64,000 nucleotides of DNA from Folioceros fuciformis (lineage: Eukaryota): contig JBNGIO010005941.1 of NCBI GenBank assembly GCA_049999805.1, forward strand, positions 1-64,000, given 5' to 3'. Shown piece by piece: positions 22,311-35,392 of the stretch (positions are counted from its first letter, which is position 1; each line of letters starts with the position of its first letter). The notes below the pieces were generated by a model. That model searched no databases. It was not told where the DNA came from and worked only from the letters and a program-made list of their open reading frames with translations. A program made the translations under genes and the position numbers.

Positions 22311-25300
22311 TTATTCATCCTTTTGATGAATCAGGAACGAATCAAGAGTACTGTTTCGGAGCTTCGCTTTCTTCAGCGAGCCCCCAATATGTTTTGAGCT
22401 AGTCTTTTTGCCGGTTGGTGAACTACCCTTGTCTGTCCGAAACGATCTTGTCAAGAATTTCTCTTCCTTGTCTAATTTCAGGGCAAAGTGGAAATCTTCA
22501 TGTTCCTGCCGGCATAGATCACTGTCTGGAATCTGTTCTCCACACTTTGGACAGTGATAATGTGCAGTCATTCCAACATAACCAAGGTGTTGCAGTTCCG
22601 TGGACTGCACCAGATCTGCTTCTTGCATCGACTCTACCACGGATGGAAAAATGCCGACGGCAAACACATCTAAGCTGCATACTTCATCTTTAGGTTGCAG
22701 TCCACCTGTATTTACTCGAGCCTCACTTGCTGGAGGAGATGTAGCAGTATCAGCAGAATGTCTGGACCCGGCCATAGTGTGCATGCACCTCATATCACGT
22801 TGCACACTTCCAGGTTCCTGCTGCGCATTTTCAATAGAAACACCACCATTGTATTCGACACTTTTTTCAGCATCAAGAGACAACCTGTTTTTCCACTTCT
22901 CTTTACAAGGAGTCAAAGTCGGACCTTGCAACCAACAAAAAAGGCAAGTGTCAGGGTGACAGTCTGCAGGGAGTGGAAAGACCTAAAAAACAGTGCAGTA
23001 AGAAGACACTCCTACCTGTACAGTCTACTATGTCCCTCCATTCATTGGCTTCTGTGTCCTCCTGTTCACAAACGGAATCCGTGTGCAGACTTCCATCCAT
23101 GCCCTGGTCAGTAGCCATGAGGCGAAGTACCATACAATCCTGCTCTGGGGCAGGTAAAAGTGAAGACCCCAAACTATTTGCCTTCCTTGTCTCAAATCCT
23201 TCCCTTTGAGCTCGAGCTTCTCGCTTGCTCATCACTTTCTGCCGAGTCTTTGTTGGCATTTTACCAGGACTCGCATTAAGGAAAGCTCTGATATCCAAAC
23301 CAGGATCTGCACCTCCTTGTACATCAGACTTGAACTGTGTAGCACCAATGTTGAGGACTGCAAGGTTGTATGAAGGCCGTCTCCTCAAACCTTTAGCAAG
23401 TAAGTTCATAGCTACTTCAACAGCAACTCCTACTCGGGATTCCAACGTTGCTGATGTAGAGATGAGCATAGGCGGCATAGGTGCAGACAAGCTTGTGAAA
23501 TTCCTGAAGACCAGAAATTATCAGGCCAGGGCAGTTCCTTAATATTTCTAAGTTATCCAACCAACTAACCGTGTACATGGTATGGTTAATAGAACAGTTA
23601 CCACGATTCCTGATATCGCCACTTCAAAGTGAAAAGCCCAGGTCTCCGCCCGGTTTCCTCCCTATCTGCATCTAATCTGAAAATCAAATCCGGTGCCAGT
23701 GATCGCAGTATTTGCTGTTCACCAGCTGCAACCAATTAATACGTGTAGCAAGAATACACAACGTAGTTGTAATGGGAAACATTACACACACTGAAGTTAT
23801 TCAAGGTCGTACTTCTGCAGAATCAAGTGTCGTACACGCTCTGAAAGAGTCTTCCACAGACAGAGATTTGGGATGACCTTTGTCCCTTACAGGTGTCCAG
23901 TCACAACCTCTGCATGCACCATGCAAAAATTTCCCAATACGATCTCCGAACCTGCCAAGTCACAAAACGTGAAATATTAAGCTGCCCCTTTGTATTCCTA
24001 GATGCTGTGCTGAAGAATTTCATCTCCATCCGTACCTGTCTACTAGCAGCTCCAAGCTAAGTTTTCTAATGTCCCCAATACTCTCAGCTCCCATTTCATT
24101 CAATATAGATTCAGTCCGCTTACCAACACCGGGAATCTGAGCAGAAACACAGAGCTACTTATTCAGCCAGCTGCTGCGACTCACAACAAGCTGAATCTAA
24201 ATCACAACGTAGCACCAGGAGAAAGGTATAAGCAGAAGAGCAAAGAAAACCGTAGAACGCTCAACACAAGGTACTTGAAATGCAGCGTAGCAGATATTGC
24301 ACCTTCCGAACAGGCATAGGACTCAGAAAATCGGACACAGCTGCTTGTGGAACACTGGTTTGCTTGTTAGGTTTGTTGACAGAGCATGCAAGCTTTGCTA
24401 GCATTTTCTGCACGACAATTTGCACAAGGCGAATAGTCATGGTGACTAAAGACAGTGAATAGCTTTGCAAGATATGTAACTCGTCAACCAAAGGTGACCA
24501 AACGTGAGCTTTTCACCATACAACTTCACAAAATCAGGAGTTACGTTGTGAGCAATGCCGCAAGAGAGGTGAAACCCAGTTTCTCGTAATACAGCTGTCC
24601 GGATCTCGTTGACAAGTACACTGGCCAGCATAAGAAAAAGATCTGCTCGTCTGAGTGACCCGTGCACGTCATCCATACCAGACGGTATGCAGGGTGTGTC
24701 TCCATCTGCGCCAATGACATGACCTGAAAAGTTGTGTGCATTGTCTCCTGCTGCCGACCGTTTTTTAACTTCAGCACTGATATCTACAGCTGCTTCATCC
24801 AATCCGAGCCTGAAAACCTTAATCAGATTAAATTTGCCCTCAATTCCTGCCAGGGACAGCTGGGCATGCAACGATGAAGCACATTAGGTTCAAGTTCTTC
24901 TACCTCTCCACAGTGCCGAACCGCCTAAGAACCCCCTGAATCTGCTTACTTGCAGCTCTGTACGGCGTCAAATCCTCTCCATTTATAAGGACAATATCCG
25001 GGCATCTGATGGCAGCCAAATTCCACAACTTTATGAGGAGTACCAGGCACATCCCTTTGTATCCATCAAACGCGGTGCGTGGCATGTTAAGCTTGCTGTG
25101 GTCCTACGATCAGCCGACTACCCCCAGCACAAAATCAGGGAGACCGACATCAGATACCTCCGTTTGGCGTCATCAATAGAAGCCATTTTTGGAACCCCCA
25201 TACTGCGTGCCACATAATTGCAGGTAACCACCAAAAATTTCTGCAACCAGGAGAACGCTGCTCAGAGCACTTCACATGGAAGAACTGCTGTGTGGAACTA

Positions 25301-25664
25301 ACTTGGGGCACCCATAGAACCTGTGTGATGCCTACGGGAAGATCCTTCAAGTATGGACGCCGCAGCACTTCTGCCTGAGCATAAAAGCAGTCGGCGTCCT
25401 GGTACAGAACGACCAATCAGCACTTTATCCAGCTTCCCATCCACCATGGATCACTTACACACAGCCAGAAACAAACGCCCTGGACGGAATTCTTACGAGC
25501 TCATTGCGAAACGCCCATCAGAAATCTTAGCATCCAACGCCATTCTCATATCAAGAAAAGGCATAGCTCAAAAGCATATAGCTCAGAACGATACTCACAA
25601 AGTGAGCTACGGCATGACTCCAGGAATCCACCTCGTCCTCGGCCTCGGCCTCGGCCTCGGCCAT
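22311..25664 (-). CDS. POLI: Y-family DNA polymerase iota-like with C-terminal UBZ3-like finger and PIP-like motif, ~11 exons
   Basis: Spliced reading HAVAHF|DADCFYAQAE...VGITQ|KFLVVTCNYVAR...CPDIVLINGEDLTPYR...VERLGLDEAAVD...GIAHN|KMLAKL...IPGVG...PKSLSVEDSF. C-terminus CPKCGEQIPDSDLCRQEHEDFHFALKL...KKAKLRNSTLDSFL. No stops found in the exons traced. Confidence 0.88.
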
Positions 25665-25976
25665 GGTTTGCTAGCCGTCCCAAGTTCTGTTGGCGCCCAG
25701 ACAGAACCCGGATAAGCCTGTAGTAAGAATTATGCTAATTATGACACAGTAGGGATCATCTTCATTACAGTATAGGCAACGTACAGTAGGTCTCTACCTA
25801 ATACATACCGTATGTGTACAGACCTGCCCTCTATCAGGTCTCCATGGACTCCTTCCGTCTGTAAAGTGGGTTTAGGGCTTTGCCACATCAGATTCCTTCG
25901 TTTGCTCGTCATCTCCCGTGAGCTTCTCTTGCGAGGTGCGTTACGTCGGCACCGGAATTTGGCTCGCGTCGTCAAG

Positions 25977-26778
25977 ATGGTGGCGGCCAAGAAGACAGTA
26001 AGTCCTTGTGAAAGGTTTGCAGCTCCTGTGTGTCAGCGTGAACTGCAAGGGGAGGAGGGTTTTCCGCTGCGGATGTTGTTAAGATGGAGCACGTTCGACA
26101 GCTTTACTACTTGGATCGTTGCTGAAGAGAGTTGTCTCTGTCCGCGATTGTGAACAGAAAAAGGCTCAGGAGAGCATCAACAACAGGCTTGCCCTTGTGA
26201 TGAAGAGTGGCAAGTACACTCTAGGGTACAAGACTTGCTTGAAGTCGTTGCGTACTGGAAAGGGTACTCTTGTCACTCTGAACGCGTGTCCAGCATTACG
26301 CCGACTTCACTGTGTTGTTGTTTCCTACCTGAGGAACTGTTGGATCTTGCAGGCAAGCTTGTCCTCATTTCCAACAATTGTCCACCCTTGAGGAAGTCTG
26401 AGATCGAGTACTACGCCATGCTTTCGAAGACTGGCGTCCACCACTACAGCGGGAGTAAGTGGATTCTGGCTGCTGAAGTTTTGTTTCGACTTGTGCTTTC
26501 GGGGGGTTTGCGTGTGTGGAATGGAATTTGCTTGTCACCAGAATGTGAGGTTTCGGTCCACTCTTGTGCAGACAACGTTGACCTGGGTACAGCCTGCGGG
26601 AAATACTTCCGAGTGAGCTGTCTCAGCATTACAGATCCTGGTACAACGTCAACCAGGCTTTCCCCTATGAGTTCATTCCTCCTGAATTTCGATTCACAAA
26701 ATCATCTGTGTTCTCATGTTGGCTTCGGCTGTGGCCGCAGGTGATTCTGATATCATCAGGACAATGCCGGCCGAGTGA
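25977..26778 (+). CDS. RPL30: 60S ribosomal protein L30 (eL30), 5 exons
   Basis: [32 protein letters not shown]...[19 protein letters not shown]...[37 protein letters not shown]. Confidence 0.98.
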
Positions 26779-27240
26779 GAAGTGTCCGAGAGATGCCATG
26801 CCCATGAACTTCATACTCTTCTGCGGTTCTCATTTTTTGTGCGAAGATTTCCCGGTTCGAATGATAACTGGGAAGCTTCAAGGAGTTGCCCCCTAGTTTT
26901 GTAGCGGGGAGGTGGGGGCTCACACTCCAGAGTCAGAGCATATTGTTTCTCCGTCGAAAACGTCTGAATTACGGGTGTTCCCATTTTGGGTGTTTAGTGT
27001 ATCTCGCTTCGCGGGTGGTGGGTGAATTTTCTGTCTCGTCAACGTGTCATACGTTTCTCATCCCACCCGTCAGTCAGGTGTACGAAACCTTTGTGACATC
27101 TGATGTAGACCTCACCACGTCAGACAGCTCGCAATTTCGTGGTCTTATGAATGTTGGCCGTGTGACCACGGTTTTGTTTTCCTGTGAAATTTTACACGGA
27201 GGGTCACCGGGCCAGAGAATTCTCCGACACACGGCCAAAG

Positions 27241-27610
27241 TCACTTGTGCAGCAGGTCATCAAGATACATGTTGAGAAAGTAGCGGCCCGTGGACTGTAC
27301 ATCTAGCCGTTTCTGACTGGGCTCATATTTGCCTTTCCTCAACTGGTACCGATAGGTGACACCAGAAACGATATAGGGTTCCCCTCTGACCATGACAGTC
27401 TCCCCGCACTGAGTATTCTGCACTAAGAACATCGGACACGCTTGATTGAGGTTTCAGGCAGACCATTCACCATGTGTAGGAGACGGCGGCGGGGGTGAAG
27501 CTTACCGGGGGAAGACAATGAATTCCTAAATGCCTTTGAGGCGGGGTGATGACCGTCACATGGTAGGGCAACGATTCCTTCTCTCCCCTGTCCTTCCTTT
27601 TGCACACCAC
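27241..27610 (-). CDS. Last two exons of a small conserved uncharacterised plant protein (probably plastid-targeted); 5' exon(s) unresolved
   Basis: VVCKRKDRGEKESLPYHVTVITPPQRHLGIHCLPP|NTQCGETVMVRGEPYIVSGVTYRYQLRKGKYEPSQKRLDVQSTGRYFLNMYLDDLLHK with a clean GT-AG intron. I recall RYQLRKGKYEPS from a conserved plant protein of unknown function. Confidence 0.8.
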
Positions 27611-28346
27611 CTGAAAACTGCGTCGCTACACACCACACGTCCCACAGAACTGCTCAGCACGAATCTTCAACGGCGCTAGCTTTACTTCAACCATATGGTC
27701 GGGTCTGCTTCTTCCATACCGTGCCAGATGTTGCTTGCGAGCCGTGACATTTCAAATCCAAGGAAGCACAGATATGGTGCACAGATTCCAGCGACCCGCT
27801 CGCCATCACCTAGTATGTTCACCACCTCGCAGTTTTCGACATTGTGACCAGAGCACTTAGCAAACTCTTGTCGCCTGTGCAGTGCTCTACAGCGCATCCA
27901 TCGCAAGCACCCCCTTCAAAGATATTTGCTGTCCGTATCCTCCATGGGCCACACGCGTGTTCGGGAATGGGAGACCTTTAGTGCCAGCCAGAGACAGAAC
28001 AATGGCAACATCCACCGGCTACATATTATTACAGAATTTCCGGCCATAATACTAACCGTACATGCAATGTTGAACCGCAACCGCAGGCTTAGTCCTCGTT
28101 TTGCTACTTCCTCGGTAAGACCAGTGACGCCCGTATTTGAAGGACACGGATATTCAAACCCCACAAATCAATCCAAGAACTCGGGGGTACAGTTGTAGAA
28201 GGCCAAGGCAGGAACACCGGACGAAACCGGAGGGCGAAGGTCCATTCCGGGACAAAAAAAAAACAGCCACGACTTCGCTCCACCAAGCTCTCGCCATACA
28301 GCCACCAAAGTTCACTACTGATTCTCCCAAGTGTAGTGTGTCATGC

Positions 28347-30152
28347 CTATACTATCGCAGGAGAAGGTCTTGGCGGCGACCTTGAAAGACGATTCGGGGC
28401 AGGAGAAAGGCTTGGAGAACTGGAAGAACAAGTCATAAGATATCTGATGAGAAGGAAAACACTACACGAAAACAGTGCATGACAAGGAAACACGACAGCA
28501 ACCGTGAAAATCCCTAGATGACAGCAACGTACCGAGAGGCAGTACCCTTCACAACAGGGACGGGCTCCCTTGAACGACCAGCAGGTGAAGACGATGTTCT
28601 TGGAGGAGGACTCCGGCCTCTGCCTTTTCCAGATGGCGATCCTGAGTATCCCCTAGACGACGGAGACCTTGAAGTACGATCACGACCACGAACAGGAGAA
28701 GGAGAGTAAGAACGATCATGCCTGAACCCACACACAACACAACCACATTCAGAAACACCTGGTCCTGATTCACCAAGCAAATTTCTGTCCACAAACAGCA
28801 TCGTCACCACACTGGTACTCGAATCCTCTTAACATTTCCTACAAGGACCAGGCACCTCACCTTGAACGACGGCCACCTCGGGGAGAGGGAGAATAGTACT
28901 TTGGAGATCGAGACCGAGATCGACCTGCACATGAAGTGACATGGAAGAGTTCAAAGGTCAACAGGCTGATACTTGAGCTCATTCCAACGGGGACAAGTTC
29001 TTGTGACAATGGGTTGTGCTGAAACAAGGTTGATACCATAAGGGGACCGCCTCCGGACAGATCCATAGGGACGATCACGATAAGAGCTGCCAAATGCCAC
29101 CATAAGTGTTAAGCTACATTACAGAAAAATGTGAGTGAACTACAGGAAACAGATCTGCACATTATACCTGGTTCTCTCCTTCGTCCTCATTTCGGCAGGC
29201 TTTTTTCGATTCTCCTCGGCAAACACAACAGTTATCTCTCTCCCATTGATAAAACGCCTGTCCATGTGATACTGAGCTTCGGCAGCATCAGCTGGATCCA
29301 GATACTGCACAAAACCGAACCCACGTGGTTCTCTGCAAAACACACGACATCAGCATCAGGACCGAGCCAGGCGGGAACCTAGTGGCGCGCTAGGTTAGCT
29401 AGTAGACCTGACTTGCACTTATATCTCGGACTGCCAGGCTTGTGAGCATCAACCCTTTATCACACTTCCTACAGAGGAGTGTATAGTTAACTTTCACAAC
29501 ATGCGACAAACCAAGCTCGTTGCTGCTGACCTGCCGTAACAGAGCCCTAGAGATCGCCTCATGAATTAAATGATGGACTTCAAATTCTTCACTTGACTTG
29601 AAAGCATGCATCACTTGAACTTCACTTGACTTGAAAGCATGCATCAGTTGGAACTTCACCACTTGACTTGAAACATGCACAACTTGACTTCCGATGATCC
29701 GTGAGTGGGTAGTTATCGGCGGGCCGTGCAAGCTCACAAACATGACCCGCCGAGGGCTCTCAACCAGTGGATCACCGCTACAGAGAACGCAGAACTCACC
29801 CCGTGTAGTAATCCTTGGGAAGATACACATCCTTCACTGGCCCGTACCGCTCAAACGGCACTCGAAGATCCTCAGACCTGCTAAAGCCGGAGAGGGTCAG
29901 TAAGCACATGCCCTCGCGGACCCGCATCGCCAGCCAAAGTACAATGCAAGCACCGAAATCCTCTCAAACAGCACAACCATGCGCTCCACAATCCGCCTCC
30001 TCTCACCTGCAATCCCTGGGAATGTTACGAACTAGGAGGCTGGTAGGCGGATCCCGGCGGCCATAGCGACCAGGTCCCCGGGGACTAGGGCTTCGCCTGC
30101 CGCCGTAGCCCCGCCGTGGAGGCGGGCTGTAACTGGCGCTCCTCCGCCTCAT
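28347..30152 (-). CDS. SCL: SC35-like (SCL subfamily) SR splicing factor, multi-exon
   Basis: MRRRSASYSPPPRRGYGGRR...PPTSLLVRNIPRDCR|SEDLRVPFERYGPVKDVYLPKDYYTG|EPRGFGFVQY...ITVVFAEENRKKPAEMR, then an RS/SP-rich tail. Confidence 0.95.
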
Positions 30153-30857
30153 GGCTCGCGCGAGGGCGGCCCGCTCGCTCACGATCTCACCGCCGCGCAG
30201 CAGTTGGCGCAGAGAGGAGACGCCAGCACCAGCAGCAAGAAGAGCGCCAGGACACAAAGCGCATCGCCCAACAGCTAGGGCAAGGCACTGAAGTCCAAAA
30301 TCAGGTAGGCCGCCGCTTAAGATCGGCCAGGCACAGCCAAACCGATCCCGCCAAGTGAAAAGTGAAAAATAGTACAATATACAGCCCACTTGCCACCTTG
30401 ACACTCTGGAGGCATACGAGAATTCGGATGAGACGTCTCTGCGTAGTTTGGTACTCGTCTAGTTAGCTCTCTGTCTTCATTTCTTTTCCACATTATTCAG
30501 TAAATTTGAAAACTCCCTTCTGTTGGTTTGTGATGGTGGCGAAGTTTTAGGGTAGGGTAGCCTGGGGGAGGCCGGAAGCTGCTTCATTTTCTCGTGGAAC
30601 TTACACTGTTGGATCTTTTGACGAGCTACGGGTCCTGAGTGGAATATGTTCTCAGCCCAATACTGAATGGCGCGTACCGCAGCTGGAAAGTGCGCGGGAA
30701 CGCGGTTGCCTGCGGGACTGCGCACTCGTGTGCCGCGGGTGCGGAGAATCTCGGAGGAACCTCGGAATTTGATCGGGTAATGACTGTGACAAGCAGCTCG
30801 TGCTGATGCGCACTCCACCCTTGCGCCTCGCCATCGCGCTGCCAAACACCGAATCAG

Positions 30858-32972
30858 ATGTCGCTCTGGGGCGATTTAACCGCAGGTCGGGCGGGGCTGC
30901 TGTGGCCCATGCAGTTTCAGATATGGAGGAGGATCCATGGAGAATTACTGCTCGAGGTCCGGCTTTTGGCGGAGAAGTGGAAATTCTTGCTATTTGGCAT
31001 TATCTGCCAGGTTGATCGTCCAGCCGTTTCATTTTACTTCTTTTGCTTCGCCTCCTGTTCGAATCGGTGGAGGAGGAAGTAATCTGACATCGACGCTGTT
31101 TTTGATCCGGCCTGGCTTCGTTTCTAGCAGTATGTGCATGGCGTGATGGCTCGAATCGCACACTACTTGCATCGGCCTCAGCCGCTCCTTCATGATGTCG
31201 GATTCGAACTATTGCCAGTACGTCGTCTTCGCTTGTTACTTCCCTTTCCCTAGGAGGGAGAGGTGAAAATCTGAGCTGCAATTTTGCGGAGGGAGTTCTA
31301 TTTTGGTGGATTTTGTGCATGGATTCGGGGTTTTCAGCACCATGTCTTCATTCTGCCCTCAACTTTGCAGGAACTTGGACTAGAGAGAGCGTGGATCAGC
31401 GAAAGCTTGTTCAGTTTCATCTTCGTCTCCTTCTTTCTGGTATCTCTTTCACGCTTTCCGTTTTCTGTTCTTTTGCCAGTTTAGGACGATGGTAAACTAG
31501 TAACTTGTGTTCCTGGCCACCGAACTCTAACAAGTTTCTGTTTCTGATGTTCGGTTCAGTGGACTTTTCATCCATTTGTTTTTCATAGTAAACGAATCTA
31601 CACGGTTACCGTGTGGTGCAGGACACTTGCAGTGCTAATGGTGAGATGCGTGTGTGACCTACCTCACGTTTCACGAACTGCTGTCGTTGTGAGCTGCGCC
31701 TGCCCAGTGTCAGCTGCCTGACAGGTAGTGTCTCCTGTTGCAGATGTGTCAGTTCCTCAGGGTTATCACCTTCTTGGTCACTCAGCTCCCTGGTCCTAAT
31801 TACCACTGCCGTGAGGTATGATTTCGTATAGGTTTCTCTCCTGTTGAGGTGGGAGTATATGAGTAAGGCTGTCGATAAGGAGCCTTAACATTTTCTTGGT
31901 TGTTCAGGGCTCGTCTACTGCAACACTGCCTCCACCCAAGAGTATCAGTGAAGTGATTCTTCTAAATTGTACGTGGCTGCTTGTACAAGCATCAGTTTTC
32001 TGTGTATTAGAATTAAAGCTATTCAGAATGTTGTTGGCAGTACATTCTTTCAGTTCAGTGCTGTTTAATTTTACGTCCCTCATGCGTCTGTGTTTTTTGT
32101 GCAGTTCCCTATGGCGTGCTTTTCGGGTGCGGGGATCTTATTTTTTCATCACACATGATATTTGCCCTTGTTTTTGTTAGGACATATCAGAAGTATGGTA
32201 CAAAGAGGTGGGTGCACACAGATCAATGCCTCCAGGACCTGATTCTTATCCTTGAATGACTCTTTTTACACACGCATCAGCAAAACCTTTCAAATTCGTG
32301 ACGTGTATCCGTGCAGTTTTCTAAAAGTCCTGTGTTGGATCGCTGCAATTGCGCTCAGTCTTCTCATCATTGCTTCTCGCAAGCATTACTCTGTAGATGT
32401 TGTTGTAGCATGGTGAGTAGTAGCCATCTTTATGTGAAGTTGCTGTAGTGTTTAGTTCCTGCGGCATCATTGAACATGCTTGCCCTTTGACCTTGGAGCT
32501 AACGGACGTGGCTTCTTGTTACAGGTACGTCACCATGCTGGTTTTCTCCTGTGCGGAGCGCTATCTCTCTGACAGAGGTACTGCGACCTGATCGTTTCTT
32601 GGTCTGGGATGATAATTTGTGAGCTTGGTAGTCTAAACTTTCTGATTTTGCATGCTATGTGATATGCAGATGTTACTGAACGGACTGGTCCAGGTGCTGC
32701 TCCTGTTTTGCCCTCCAATGTAAGGATGAAGGATAGTCGTAGCAAAGATGAGTTTCAGAAGCTGGTGAATGGCTCCACAGAATTGTCGGCTGAGTGGGTA
32801 AGCACACCTGTCAAATTGGTTTGCAGATTTCTAGACAAGAGTGAAGTTGTGATCAAGCGTTTCAACCTGTTACCTGTTTTTTTTTTTAATGTTGCAGAGA
32901 CAACGCATGCCAATCAACGGCAAGCCTATGGAGGAGGTGCACTTGGATATCGGAGCAAATGGCAACATCTGA
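30858..32972 (+). CDS. IPCS: Inositol phosphorylceramide synthase (IPCS/ERH1 family), many small exons; start codon tentative
   Basis: [79 protein letters not shown] catalytic motifs; ends ANGNI-TGA. Confidence 0.93.
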
Positions 32973-34006
32973 TGCGTCCCATCTTCGACCTCTTCCCTCA
33001 ATTATTTTTTCACACAGGTGTTGCGCTGAAAGTGCGACGTCTTGCTTAATAATGGTCTTGTTTGCCACTCGCTCGCGAGGGATTCCACAGATATATTGGT
33101 TGCTCAAGTCAGACCTCTGAGAGCACTGGTGGTCTTCAGTCTAGCATGAAATCTGTAGCTTTGGAGTGGATCTTTGGGTTCCATCTGGAGAGCTCTGCGG
33201 GACTTTTCTCTCTGGAGCAAGCGTGATCGACCAAGTTGAAGTGAAGATGGTCTGTGATTTGCTCGCGCAGGGCCAGCTTTGTGCTCTAGAGCCAAATCAG
33301 CGGTCTGTGGGGGTGTATTTTAATATAGGGGGTATAGGTTGGAAATTCGTTCCCTTTCAGCTTATGTATCCAGGTGGCGTGTGCATCTTTGGACGAAGAT
33401 CCATCGTCATGGGCGCTTAGTTTTCACCATTATTTCACCCATCAATGCACATGATGGGATGTGAATTCATCAGTAGGCTTTTAGTGCTCGGGTTTGCTAG
33501 TTGTCACGCAATCGTTCTGAGGCAAGGGTTTTGAAGGTAGCGCCCGCCCCGTCACATTACAGGCCCAACACTGTTACTTTCAATGCAGGCTAAATCGGCA
33601 AGCGGATTATGGCGTATGATTCGTGGCCTCGCTTGCTGGTTGGTCAGTCCAGCATTTCGTCTTGCTTGGCAAGGATGAAGTAAACGTCGCCCCTGAATGC
33701 CCTCCTGTTTTGGATAGAGCGAGTGGGGTCATCTCGCCGTTCATTGGCCATTTGTTAACCTGGGGTAGAGCATCGGCCACAGGATGTGAACCCCGGTTAC
33801 CGGTGACGAGGAGCAGTCCATCGTGTGAGTTTCGCGCCAGGAACGGATTGATTGACGATCGCTGGCGAACTGGTGGATCTTGCCAGGGAAATGCAGCAAG
33901 AGGAGGCACATCTAGGAAGGCGGAAGCAGGAATTGTGAATGTGATGGACAAGGGAAGAAAGGCTGGAACCGAAATTGGGCAGCTATGACAGGTCTGTGGA
34001 GGCCCC

Positions 34007-35392
34007 ATGGCTGTGCATACGTTGCCATGGCAATCGCAGGGGCCTCCGCAATCTCCTGCCGTGACGGGGAGAGAGATGCATTTGGGCAGTGAGGGGGGAA
34101 GCAGCAGTTGTATAGCGCGATTGCATTTGCATTCGCATTCGCATTTGCAGCGCAGAGTCCGGAGAAGCAGATGGCAGAAACTCTGCTCCAGGGAATTGGT
34201 TACGGCCAGGAACCAAGTGTGTAGGAGGAGGAGAGGGCAGTTCGTTGTGGTGAGTGTTGTGGCCTGTTTCTGCTTGAACGCTCCTGGTGTAAAGGACCTG
34301 GGACTAACAATTGTTGCGGTTGGTGTTTTTGAAGGGAGCACGGTTGTTTGATCCAGAAGATTTTGATCCTTCCAAATTAACCGTTTCGTTTGAGGATGAG
34401 TCCATCTCGGTGGACGTGCTGCACCCGGGCCAGTTGCTGCCCAGGACTTACACTCTGACCCACAGTGACGTCACGGGCGAGCTGCAGCTATCAATTGGTC
34501 CCTGTTACAACCAGACTCAGGTATTTGGGACTACGCCAATTCCACCTCCAGCTCAACGTGGGGAGTGTTGTAGGGCCAGCCTGAATATCTTGCCTGTGTG
34601 GTTCCTGCAGCTGGATGGATGGTATACACGGTTGATGAGGGATGAGATTGTGGCGGATTGGTCATCAATGAATGGTCGATTTTCTCTGCACATCCACTGT
34701 CACATTAGTGGTGGACACCATCTTCTGGCCCCAGCTGCCTTGCGCTATCGCATTTTTCAGCGGGAGATGCCTCTGGTTCGTGATGAAACGATGTTGCTGA
34801 CGCAGAACAGGTTGTTTTGTGGAGTCAATAGGGCTTTGTGGTTTTACTTACCAGCGCCTTGCAGGTTCTGCAAGCAATTCGCTTCGGCGATGGTGCTTTG
34901 TTTGTCAGGCATCCAGGTACCAACAACCGATTACTACTATAGTTACTCTTTGTTTCCTTCTGTCTCGTCGTGACGTTTTGTGCTCTAAGGCAGCATGCTC
35001 ACGGTTCTCCTCGCCTGCTGTCCGCAGAGCTTGATGCCAGCACTGTATGGGTACACTTCCATTCTGACCACGACCAAACCTTTGACAGGGCAGACTGCTG
35101 GGGTCCTCTTTGCTATGCTGTAGTTGCGGACAGGTTGAAAGCCGTCGGTGCTGAACCACTGCTGTTGCCGGCTCCCGCCGCCACCAGGAGCGCTGAGACA
35201 AGTCAGAATGAAGCAGCTCAGCATGGAAGGAGCAGTGCACCTGTGCACATAGTTGATGATGGAACACTTGGGCACCTTACTAGGTACCTGCGGCTGGCTG
35301 CCGTTAGCTCTGAAAAGCCAGCGACCATACTTTTCGCAGCTATGGTGGGTTTTTCGACCTTCATCATGTTCCACGTACTACCCATTATCTAG
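34007..35392 (+). CDS. SGR: STAY-GREEN family magnesium dechelatase, multi-exon
   Basis: Transit-peptide-like first exon; ARLFDPEDFDPSKL, LPRTYTLTHSDVTGELQL, RDEIVADW, LHIHCHISGG, RYRIFQREMPLVLQAI, VWVHFHS, CWGPL. Confidence 0.93.
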
